Made by a program: the position numbers and the translations under genes. DNA of 64,000 nucleotides from Octopus vulgaris. Lineage: Eukaryota. The notes beneath the pieces were generated by a model. The model was given only the letters and a program-made list of their open reading frames with translations. It did not search any database and was not told the origin of the DNA. The DNA is taken from contig OX597827.1 in assembly GCA_951406725.2 (NCBI GenBank), forward strand, positions 71,114,001-71,178,000, read 5' to 3'. This document shows, in pieces, positions 26,401 through 39,100 of this stretch (position 1 is the stretch's first letter; every line of letters starts with the position of its first letter).

Positions 26401-29400
26401 CCGGTGATACGTAAAAAGCACCGTCCGAACGTGGCAGATGCCAGCGTCGCCTGACTGGCGTCCGTGTCGGTGACCCGTTAAAAGCATCAACCGTTCGTGG
26501 CCGTTTGCCAGCCTGTTCTGTCCTCTCTGCTGGCACGTATAAAGCACCCACTACACTCACAGAGTGGTTGGCGTTAGGAAGGGCATTCAACTGTAGAAAC
26601 AACTGCCAGATCAGACTGGAGCCTGGTGCAGCCTCCTGGCTTCCCAGAGCCCGATCGAACCGTCCAACCCATGTTAGCATGGAAAACAGACGTTAAACGA
26701 TGATGATGATGTACAGACTAGATTTGACTTTTTGCATTAAAGGAAAATAAACACAAGTTTTTAAAAGAATCAAAAGATATCAACTAGATTATGGCTGGGA
26801 GATAAGTTTACAGGAAGTAGCCACCCTCCCTTAGCTTCCACCATGCCCTTAAGATAACTCCAGAACCTGGCACATGGATTCCTCACTGTGTCCCTGGGAA
26901 GATATTCAAACACCTTCTTCATCTTATTTCTTTATTGCCCACAAGGGGCTAAACATAGAGGGGACACACAAGGACAGACAAATGGATTAAGTCGATTACA
27001 TCGACCCCAGTGCGTAACTGGTACTTATTTAATCGACCCTGAAAGGATGAAAGGCAAAGTCGACCATGGCGGAATTTGAACTCAGAACGTAACGGCAGGC
27101 AAAATACCTATTTCTTTACTATCCACAAGGGGTTAAACACAGAGAGGACAGACAAATGGATGAAGTCGATTATATCAATTCTAGTGCGTAACTGGTACTT
27201 ATTTGATCGACCCTGAAAGGATGAAAGGCAAAGTCGACCACGGTGGAATTTGAACTCAGAACGTAACGGCAGACGAAATATCTATTTCTTTACTACCCAC
27301 AAGGGGCTAAACACAGAGAAGACAAACGGATTGTCGATTATATTGACCCCAGTACATAACTGGTCCTTAAGTTATCGACCCCAAAAGGATGAAAGGCAAA
27401 GTCGACCTCTGCAGAATTTGAACTCAGAACTTAACGGCAGACGAAATACTGCTAAGCATTTCGCCCAGCATGCTAACGTTTCTGCCAACTCGCCGCCTTC
27501 TTCATCTTGGCCATCAGCTTAGCCTTGGTGTTGTAAGCAGGACAGTTGGTTCTTTCTCAACCATGCTGCCTAGGATTACATTCAGAGGAATTAGGAGACC
27601 AGAAATCGGGGCTGGTGAAGTCATAGAAACAACCATATATATGTGACTCTTTTCAGAAGTATGGCAAGGAGCTGAATCCTGCAGTCACAAATATGGCCTT
27701 CCAGTAGTAACCCTCTCCAGCCAGGGTTTGACCACAGTTTCCAACAGCTTCACATAGCTGCCAGAATTTAGCCCAAGGCCCTGTTAAAAGATGAGCGGGG
27801 CAGCATGACTTCATCTTCACTGAAGACACACTCAAAGATCATCGCTGTTTGGTGGAACTTGGTTTTCAGATGTGAGCCTAGACTGGCTTCCGTGCCGGTG
27901 GCACATAAAATGCACCAATCCGATTGTGGCCATTGCCAGCCTTGCCTGGCACATAAAAAGCACCCACTACACCCACGGAGTGGTTGGCGTTAGGAAGGGC
28001 ATCCAGCTGTTGAAACACTGCCAGATCAGACTGGAGCCTGGTGCAGCCTTCTGGCTTCCCGGATCCCCGGTCAAACCGTCCAACCCATGCTAGCATGGAG
28101 AACGGACGTTAAACGATGATGATGAGGCATCACATGGACTGTAGGCAAGCCACCTGTTGTTATAGATGTTGTGCAACTGGTCCTGGTAGAATTTCTTTCC
28201 ATCTGAGATGTACCCCAGCTCAGCTTGTTCGGGAGCTTCTTTGCTTTCATCAAGTGGTTCTCCTTGGCCGTCAGAAATTGTCCTTTGCACCCCTTGCTTG
28301 GATCTTCCGTTACCTTGTCATGCAGATGTCGTCAGAATGCCTGCTGTGTCCTTCCCTGCTGGCCACAGCTTTGCAGTCTCGCTTGCTGTCCATGTCACGT
28401 CTTACAGTGTTCACAAATCATGGTGTCAGCATTTTGATATCTGTTATGAATTATCATGATACAGGTAACACTTTTCCAATATTCAGGTGGCTTCCAGTCC
28501 TCCGTGTCAGCTAACGTTTTGTCTCAACTTCAACTTTAATCTTTCTGCCCTCCAACACTGTTAACTGTTCGTCTCTACATCATCATTCCTGAAAAAAGGA
28601 GATATGAGGGCTGTTATCAGAGATGGACAGACAGACAACGAGGCAAAAACCTCCTGTTTGTGCTGATGCTGTTGCTCCTTGTGATGCGTTGATGCCTGCT
28701 CAAAATATAGCAAATTTAGTTTGAATTAAAATGAGTATTTTGAGAGAAGTGATGGAGATCTTCCAGATGCCATTCAAATTATTATGGCAGGTGGCACGTG
28801 AAAAAACATTCAAGCGAGGTCATTGCCAGTGCCGCTGGACTGTGTCCAGTGCAGGTGGCACATAGAAAGCACCATTTGAGCGAGGCCGTTGCCAGTACCA
28901 CCTGACTGGCCCTCATGCTGGTGGCACATAAAAGCACCCACTACACTCTCAGAGTGGTTGGCATTAGGAAGGGCATCCAGCTGTAGAAACTCTGTCAGAT
29001 CAGATTGGAGTCTGGTGCACCCATCTAGTTCACCGCACTCAGTCAAATCATCCAACCCATGCTGGCATGGAAAGCGGACGTTAAACGGTGATGATTGTTA
29101 AACAATACATGTCAGTGGCCCCTATTAAATCCACGTAATTGTGAATCATTGATATTTAACTCTTTAGCATTCAAATTATTCCGTTAAATGTAATGCTTAT
29201 TTATTCACCTTGTTTTAAATAAATTATGCATTATCTTGTAGCTTTGAGATTTTGATGATGTGAGCGTTTATTCTTAGAATTGTAGATCTGGCCAGTTTGA
29301 ACATAGACCAGGTAGAATATTTTGGGCTGGATATGGCCAGTTTGAATTCTAAAGAGTTAAACACTATGTGACAACATTTCAAATTTGCATGTAAAAGAAA

Positions 29401-32400
29401 TTAACAAAGAACAAAACATTGTTGAAAGCCATCTTGATCATCATCATCGTCATTGTTTAACACCCGTTTTCCATGCTGTCATGGGTTAGACGATTTGACT
29501 GAGGTCTGACAAACCAGATGGCTGCACCAGACTCCAATCTGATCTGGCAGAGTTTGTACAGCTGGATGCCCTTCCTAATGCCAACCACTCCGAGAGTGTA
29601 GTTGGTGCTTTTACATGCCACCGGCACATTTATGGAAATATATGTGTGTGGATATATACATATATATATATATATATATATTAGTAATTTAAAACGATCT
29701 GAATGCTAAAGAGTTAAATACACTCTTTGTGATAAATGGTTTGAATTATAGCTTTGGGAAAGATTATAGGTGGACTGGGAATACTGCAAAGTACTGGGTA
29801 TGTGTTGGTCTTATTTATCCTCAAGCATTTTTGTTAATCTGGATAATGTTATCATCGGGCTGACATCACCAGCTTCTTTGTCAGCCCTTAAGCATCTGAC
29901 CTCCTGAAGTAAGGTTTCTGTTATTGCTAACCTTCAATCTCCAGCGCCACCTATACTGCCAACACTACTGAATCCTGCTAATCCTCACAGCAGCACACCA
30001 CCACCACACAGAAATGGCAGAATCTCCAAGAGAAACCAAGGGAAACCATGAAGATATAACAACTAACCAAGCTTATCTTTCATGATTGGAAAAATATTGA
30101 TAATGGATCATTTTTGTTCTTTATTCTGTTATCTCTATATATATTTATAAAGCTGAACTTGTCTGTGTATGGCAGGTTTGGTAGCTTTCAATTAACACTA
30201 TTTCCTCCGAGACCCTGCAGCGCAAGTTGGCCGAAATTGAGAGTATGATAGAAGGCTTGCTCTTCATTCCGTAGAAGAAAAAATTCAAATCGGACCATGT
30301 TAACACCAAAAATTATTTACATCAAAAAGGTGCTTTTTTTTTCCTATGCAAATCCCTATTTTTTACGATTTTTTGACTGCCGTGTCGCCAGTTTTCGGTG
30401 TATTTCAACCAGAAAAATGTTCACTTAGAGAGAATAACAAGCTACATAATGCAAAATTTTTACTTTTCTAAAATTCCAATTCTAAAGGGTGGAAACAAAC
30501 CCGAGCACCGCCGGGCGATACTGCTAGTTAATATGTAAACCCATCTAGCCAACCTCTATGTTCCTGCATCTGTCCACCAAGTTTGTGATTGCTTTGTTAC
30601 TCTATTATTTTTAGCATTGCAGAGCATTAATGGAATTCAGAAACCAGAGAAATATTAATGACTGGCATCGTATTATCTTTCATGGTTTGTGATCTTGTAC
30701 CAAAATTAGAAACCATTATTATGTCACGCTGGTGAGACCCATATTGGAGTACCGGATTCAAGCCTCTTCTCCTTATCTCCTCAAAGACATACATCATCTC
30801 GAAAGAGTCCAGAAGCTGGCTACCCGCATGGTTTTTGGTCTCAAGCATTTGTCTTATAAAGAAAGGCTGAAGACGCTCGACCTTTATTCTCTAGAAAAAC
30901 GACGACGCTGTGGTGATCTCATTCTCACTCACAACATCATAAGCGGAAAGTGTAACCTCTCGAAAGAGCTGTTCTTCGCTCCTGCTCCAGAGCGTTGGCT
31001 GCGGGGTCACTCCGAAAAGCTCTATCTGCGACGATTTCATCTCAATTGAAGGAGAGGGGCTTTCTCAGTCCGGGTTGCAGAACCGTGGAATAAGCTACCG
31101 GACAAGATAGTGAAAATGGCCTGAACTCTCAGCATGAACACCCTCCCTGTACATAACTCCATGTCCTCCTACATGGCCTTGCTTTTTGCTTTTTGAACCA
31201 AAAAATTAACTTAACTATTATCTTGCCTTAGCGAAGGTGGAGGTATTGTTTTCAGTCGTGTTTGTTTGTCCGGGAACAAGATATCTCAAGAACCACTGGA
31301 CGGATTCGGATGAACCTTTCAGGGATGCTTGACCTCATGACTGGCATGAACTGATTAGATTTTGGGATCGATCTGGTACCAAACAAGGATTCTGGATTAT
31401 TTTTCCGGTTTTTTTACTTAATTTTTGAGAGTAGTTGAGTTTATGTCAGACATTCTCCTTTCAAAAATCATCTCTGGCTAATCGTTGAAAGGATGTTGGT
31501 GTTGCTTTGGTGGAAGTTTGCAATCTCTGACTGCTCTTGTTATTGTTATGGTGGTGGTGAGCTGGCAGAATTGTTAGCATGCCAGGGGAAAATGCTTATC
31601 GAAATTTCACCCGTCCTCATGCTCTGTTTTCAAATTCCACCAAGGTCGACTTAGTCTTTCATTTTTTCAGGGTCAATAAAGTAAGTACCAGTTGTGTACT
31701 AGGGTCGATTGTAATCAACTTACACTCTCCCCTGAAATTGCTGGCCTTGTATTAAAATTTGAAATCATTGTTGTTGTTGCAATGAGCCAGCAGTGTGTTT
31801 CATTTTTACATTCTGGATTCAAATCTGGCCGAGGTCAGCTCTGCCTTAACCTTTTGGGGGTTGATGTAATCAACTAGCCCCCTCTCCCAAAATTTCAGGC
31901 CTTGTGCCTATAGTAGAAAGGACTATTGTTATTATCGTTAAGGTGGTCAGCTAGCAGAGTCATTAGCATGCCATACAAAACGCTTAACAGTATTTCATCC
32001 ATCCTTACGTTCTGAGTTCAAATTCCATCCAGGTCGACTTTGCATTTCAGGGTCAATAAATTACATACCAGTTGAACCCGGTTGGGTTTGGGGATCGATG
32101 TCCTCAACTAAACCTCTCTCCTAAAATTTCAGTTTTTGCCTCTATTAAAAAAGATTGCTGCTGCTGCTGTTGTTTCAAGAATTTCTTAAACAATGTCTTG
32201 TGTTCTTTATTTGACAGATTGCTGCCGTGCTTGCTGCTGTCACTGAAGTAATCAAAGAAAATGATGGTAAAGAAACGGACACTGAGTACTTTGCAGCTTT
32301 GGTAAGTCCAAGACGTCTACATTTTACACTTATGTTTCTATGCCACCATTTATGCTTATGAGAAGGCATGGTCTACCTGTTTTATGTTCGACCAGCCAGG

Positions 32401-35400
32401 TCCAGCATCTCGCACCTACCTTGCAATGTCATTGTAAGAACATCATCATCGTTTAACATCCGTTTTTCATGCTAGCATGGGTTGGACGGTTCGGCCGGGG
32501 TCTGGGAAGCCAGAAGGCTGCACCAGGCTCCAGTCTGATCGGGCGGTGTTTCTACAGCTGGATGCCCTTCCTAACACTGACCACTCTGAGTGTAGTAGAT
32601 GCTTTTTACCTGCCACTGGCACAGGTGCCAGGCGAGGCTGGCAACGGCCACGATCGGTTGGTGCTTTTTACTTGCCACTGGCCATGTAATAATGCAGAAT
32701 TCATTCAAAACAATGGGATTAAATGAGCATTACATTTAACAGTAAGCTGAATGCTAAAAGGTTAAAATCCATTTTGTTTCCTCCCTAGCATAAGATAGGC
32801 ATGCACGATGGCTAAAAAAAAATAGATTAACTTGTTTGCCCCCTTGGCCCTTTTACTACCGAAATCTGATGTATCCATGCAAGATTTCGTTACCCTCAAT
32901 TGTGGAAAGCGGTTTTATATGCCAGTCTGTCTTTTATTGAAGAACGTCACACTGGAAAATCTCTTTTGTTGAAGTATGTTAAGTTTATTATGAGGCAATG
33001 CAATTTGTAGAGAAAGGCGGCGAGCTGGCAGAACCGTTGGCATGCTGGGTGAAATGCTTAGCAGTATTTCGTCTGACTTTACGTTCGGAGTTCAAATTCC
33101 GCCAAGGTCGACTTTACCTTTCATTCTTTTGGGGTCGATTAAATAAGTACCTATTTCTTTACTACCCACAGGGTGGTAAATACAGAGAGGACAAACAAGG
33201 ACAGACAAACGGATTAAGTCGATTACATCGACCCCAGTGTGTAACTGGAACTTATTTAATCAACCCCAAAAGGATGAAAGGCAAAGTCGACCTCGGCGGA
33301 ATTTGAACTCAGAACGTAACGGCAGGTGAAATACGGCTACGCATTTCGCCCGGCATGCTAACAGTTCTGCCAGCTCGCCGCCTGGTACGATTAAATAAGT
33401 ACCAGTTATGCACTGGGGTCGATGTAATCGACTTAATCCCCTTGTCTGTCCTTGTTTGTCCCCTCTGTGTTTAGCCCTCCCTTGTGAGCAATAAAGAAAT
33501 TAATTTGTAGAGAAACCCAATTCTATGTTTCTGTAGATATTTAACATCACCGTGGGAATAACCATGAAATTAAGTTACATAGTTTGAGAGTTAAAATTTC
33601 AATTAAGTTCCTGCAACTTTGTGGATAATTAATCATATACATGTAATTGTTTACATTTCCAGGTCACGGCTCTTGACACAATGGACATTGAGGATGGACT
33701 CACAGCCACACTTTATCTTCTCGGTGTTGTGATCAGCAAGTAAGACTTCCACTTCATTGCTTTAGTCTTCTTCTTATTGTGTTGCACTTCAAATATCTCT
33801 CTATCTGATAAGCTGTATCACTGTCTACCTCATGCATGCATCCGTCCGTCCGTCCGTCTGTCTGTAAATGTAATATGTGACAATTATTCAGTAGCCATGA
33901 TAAAACTCCGAGATTCGGATGCCGAGGTGAAAATCCACGCTGCCATCTCTCCAGTTATCCGGCCATCGGATAGCATTGTTTCTGATGGCCAGATAACTGA
34001 AGAGATGGCGGTGTGGATTTTCATCTCGGCATCCGAACCTCGGAGTTTTATCATGGCTACCGAATAATTGTCACATATTACATTTACAGATAAATTCCTC
34101 TATTTACATAATATTGAGGTCTCTTTCCTTCTTTTGTTGTCTTACCATTTTTATCAATATATATATATATATATAAAAATTATGATTATGAGAAGTTTAG
34201 TTCACTTGTGATCTAAACGAATAGGTACGCTGGGTAAGTGCTATAGTTGGTCAACCGTTAGGTTCCATGATCACAAATAAGGCTGGATCTAGGGATCCGT
34301 GTTAGGGTTCCGTTATAGCAGGTATATATTAAGGAAAGATCAAAACTGAGGCATAGCGGGTATTTCAAGTCATTCATAATAATTTGATTAGGGTAAGGTG
34401 AATTTAAAGTCTTACGGCCGTTTCTGGGATAACTCAAGTGGTTGGTTAGCATGTCTGTGCACTGAGTATTCCATCATCAGAGACAAAATATGAATATTTT
34501 AGACGGGGGCAATTTATAGTTTACAAGGAATAAAATTCACAGTTTATCTTTATATATAAAATTGAAGTTATGTGTGAGACTCTGTCTCCTCCGATTTAGA
34601 TTCCTAACTACTCCCACATTTTGCGGTGCAGTTTAACCAAATGCAGGTATCTTATAGTTGTCATTCATATCAAGCCCTTCTGGGTATTAGCACGCGTCTA
34701 CAATTTAAAAAAAAATTTACCATCATTTTTCCGCATTTTTAATGATTTTTGCTCAGGTTATATAAGGGAAGTAACTCTCTAAAAATGCTTATATAGTTAT
34801 TTCCCTTACAAACCCAAGCAACGCCGGGCAATACTGCTAGTAAGGAATAAAATAGAAGAATAAAGAGTAGAAGTAGTTAGAAAAATATAGGCAGGAGAAT
34901 AATGTTCAGCTCTTCTTTTTCCAGAGGATATGGAAAAAGATGAGTTGTGAACATTATTCTCTTGCCTATATTTTTCTAACTACTTCTACTCCTTATTCTT
35001 CTATTTTATTCCTTATAAACTGTAAATTTACCCCATCTAAAATAGTTACACCTTGTCTCTAATGACAGAATACATGTTGCCTGGATATGCTAACCAACCA
35101 CTTAAGTTACCTAGAAACAGCTGTAAGACTTCAAATTCACCTTACCCTAATTAATTTATTCTGAATGACTTGAAATATTAGTTCTGCCTTGGTTTAGATT
35201 TTTCCTAGTATATAATATATATATATCATGGCCTTAGTATCAAAATGGGCTAGCTGGACATATATGCCCAGTTAGCCCTTTTTTATACTAAAGCAACGAT
35301 ATATGTAGTATTTATGAATGACATTATAAACTTAATAAAACATTGTTTTGACAAATGACGACCAGAATTGCATAATCGACAAACATTATATAATCTTGCA

Positions 35401-35598
35401 AATTCTAACACTGATACGGTGAATTACTAAGATCAAATATTGGTTCAACAGTAAGCCTGGTTGTTATTTGCCAAAACTTGTGGTTTGGTACCCCACATAC
35501 TGCAGTGGAATATGGGACCTACTACTGAGCCCAGCATTCAATCGTCTCTCATGATTCACAGTATATATTTTCTCTGTGTGTGTGTGTAAATATATATA

Positions 35599-35633
<35 letters not shown>

Positions 35634-36068
35634 GTGTAGGTGTGTATGTGTATATATGCAAACAATCTACATGCCAAAACGTAACTCCCTAAAGCTCTTT
35701 ACATTTCCTCTCACCCCTCCTGTCATTCTCTTCTTGACTTTAGGGTCCCTGATGCTGTCCTCATCAACCGATTCTCCGAAGTATCCAAGAAATTGCTGGA
35801 CATCCTTGTCAAACATTCTGATGGTGACAATACATCAATGGTTAAATCTGTAAGTAATAACAAGTGATCTTTTTATTTTTTTTTAACACCCCCTCATTTT
35901 TTTGTGTGTGCCGTCTACCAAATCCACTCACAAGGCTTTGGTCAACCCAAAGCTATAGTAGAAGATACTTGCTCAAGGTGCCACGCAGTAGGACTGAACC
36001 CGGAACCATGTGGTTCGTAAGCAAGCTACTTACTACACAGCAATTCCTACGCCTATATATATATATAT

Positions 36069-36104
<36 letters not shown>

Positions 36105-39100
36105 AATATAAGTCAACCATAATCTGTTCTTTTTCCAGCTGCTGCGTTGTTTATCATATTTGCTGTGTGCACAGACTGCATCAGTGTGGGAGCTGTCATC
36201 TACCCAACAGATCTATCTTAGTGTGTTGGCCTTTATTACCCACAAGAAGCCAAAGGTTAGTAACTGTCTATAATTGCTTGTTGGTAGAGAGGAATACTTG
36301 TTGGTTGATTGTGGTCAGTTTGTGTGACCATTGAGTGAAGACTAAGTGGCCAAGTGTGGTCACTTTTAAGTTAAGTTAATTTTTTGGCTCAAAAAGCAAA
36401 AAGCAAGGCCATGTAGGGGGACATGGAGTTATGTACAGGGGTGTTCATGCAAAGAGTTCAGGCCATTTCTGGTCAAGAGAGACTTTGAACCGAGCAGTCG
36501 TCGGCATCTTCACTATCTCGTCCGGCAGCTTATTCCACAGATCCGCAACCCGGACAAAGAAAGCCCCTGGAAGGGAGGGGCGTATGTGGTCGATCTCTGT
36601 AGTTTCAAGATGGTTATCTTTTGTAGTAGATTCATATTCAGAGAGTGCCTCTCTTCCCATCCCATCCAGATGGTGTTTTTTTTTATCAATGGATGTGTGG
36701 TACCACTACAACTGATCTGACTGATCTTCAACATTTTCTCGCTCTCAAACAAATGGCAAGGGCCTGTGATATTCAACTCCTCATTCACTCTTCATAACTA
36801 CTGAACTAATTGTTGCTGACCTGCACCAATAAGGATTTCTTCTACTCCAGATTACGGAACCATTAGTTCACATTACTCTGTTAGGAACTTAGGGTTGTTT
36901 TCCTGCTTTCTCTGGCATATGTACCTCTCCCTGGATGGGACGCCAGTCCATCACAGGATATCACTCATTGTTACCAGCTGAGTGAACCAGAGTAACATGA
37001 AATGAAATATTTTGCTCTAGAACACGACACATCGCCCAGTCTGGGAATTGAAACCACAATGTTATGATCATATGTCCAACACCCTAACCCAGTGCTTTTC
37101 AAACTTTTTGCTGGAGCGGAAGCCCAAGGAAACATTCCACTGGCTCGAGGAACCCCTGTGCAATAATTTAATAGTCTTATGCACACATATCTGCACAGGA
37201 GAATTAAAAACTACTGCCGATTTTAGCAGTTTTGTAACTTCTTGCGGAACCCTGGTTGAAAACCACTGCCCTAACCATGTACCTCCAGAAGATTATATAA
37301 TATTTTTCCATACTTGTTCTTCAATTTTTCTCGTTTTTTAAATTTAATTTTCTTTGTTTTTGTCTTTTTTTTTCCTTCTTCTAATCTTCTCCGTTTCTGC
37401 TGTATTACAGATACGAAAGCTGTCACATGAATGTGTTGAGAAGATTCTGAAGAAGAGTGCCATAATGAAGTCTGACAAACCTCCCAATTGCCATCCTATG
37501 GCGCCGCCCACTGCAAAGCATTGCATTAAGAAAATTGAAGAGTCTGGTGGTAAGTTTTCTCGACAAACACAAGTATCCACCCCAACCTTTGCTGCCAGTG
37601 GCTGAAGAATGGCTGTAAGACTATGGTGGTTATGATGATAATCATCACCATTTTAACGTCCACTTTTACATGCTGGCATGGGTCGGATGTAATTTGTTAG
37701 ATTTTCTACAGCTAGATGCCCTTTCTATCACCCACCCTCACTTGTTTCTAAGGGAGGTACTAATTCCCCCTTGGCCAGACATGTTCTTCACAGAATATTG
37801 GGAATAAATAACATAAATTGGGACTTAGGTTTGGTGGAAGATTTTAATTCAAAACTTATGAAAACAAGACATTTGTACTCGGTCAGAGCCAGTTTCAGCC
37901 AGGTTGGTATCAAAAGGGTTAAGAGCATAATACTCATAAGTATCATGTGATGTCAAGACAAAGAGATGCAAGAATACATGCTCACACACACGCTTGCATA
38001 TACTCACACTCACACACACACACACACACACATATCATCATCATCATCATACTTACATATAAACCCAGACGCATATATTGATGGATTTCTATCTACCAAA
38101 TCCACTCGCAAAGTTATCTTTTTTGTTTCGCCTGCAAGAAATAGTAGCTAAGTCAACCTCACATCATACCCTAACTGTCTAAGAAAAGGATATGTTGAAT
38201 TTGGATAATGTAATTCTGAGTCTCCTGCACATAGGCAAAAAAAAAAAAAGCAACTAAACAGGGATGCTCATGGCTAGAATGTCTTTAATCATAGGTGGGG
38301 GTGGGGTCCACTTCACCAGGACTGCTTCTTACACCTCCCCTACAATGTCACTCTAAAAATAAACAATCACATCATTACTACGATATAATGCATATTTAAT
38401 TTAGTGTGAATAAATAAGCATTATATTAGACAGTGTGATCAGTGTTAAGCCTTTCATTACCAACCCAGCTGAAACTGCCTCTGGCTCTGTAGTACAAATG
38501 TTTTGTTTTCATAAGTTTTGAATTAAAATCTTCCACCAAACCTTAGTCACAATTTATGTTCCTAACACTAGCTTAATGATAACTAAGTTATTTTACTAAA
38601 TTCTTTGTTATATTTAAAATTAATTAAAAGTAACACAGAGCATCTCAAAATAAATACAGTAACAAAAGGGTTAAAATATATAATAGGGAAACAATTCTTA
38701 ACCCTTTTGATACCAACCCAGCTGAAACCAGCTCTGGCTCTGGATACAAATGTCTTGTTTTCAAAGGTTCTGAATTAAAATCTCCACCAAACCTTAGTCA
38801 CAATTTATGTTCCTAACACTAGCTGAATGATAATTAAGTTATTTTACTAAATTCTTTCATCATCATCATCATCATCATCATTTAACGTCCGCTTTCCATG
38901 CTAGCATGGGTTGTTATATTTAAAGTAATTGAAAGAAACACAGAGCATCTCAAAATAAATGCAGTAATGAAAGGGTTAAAGGGTCAAATTTAGAAATGGT
39001 GGTAGATCTATCATACCTGTTATTCCTAACGACTTTTTAATGTTTTTCCTCACCGTCTCTGCTTCCCACCAGGTGGTTCTGATGCCGTCAGCACTCTTCA

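Larger units (their letters stand above)
34323..35213. repeat. Large foldback (Penelope-like inverted termini) with Helitron in left arm
   Basis: 34323-34546 plus 34841-34923 is the reverse complement of 34931-35213. Confidence 0.88.
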
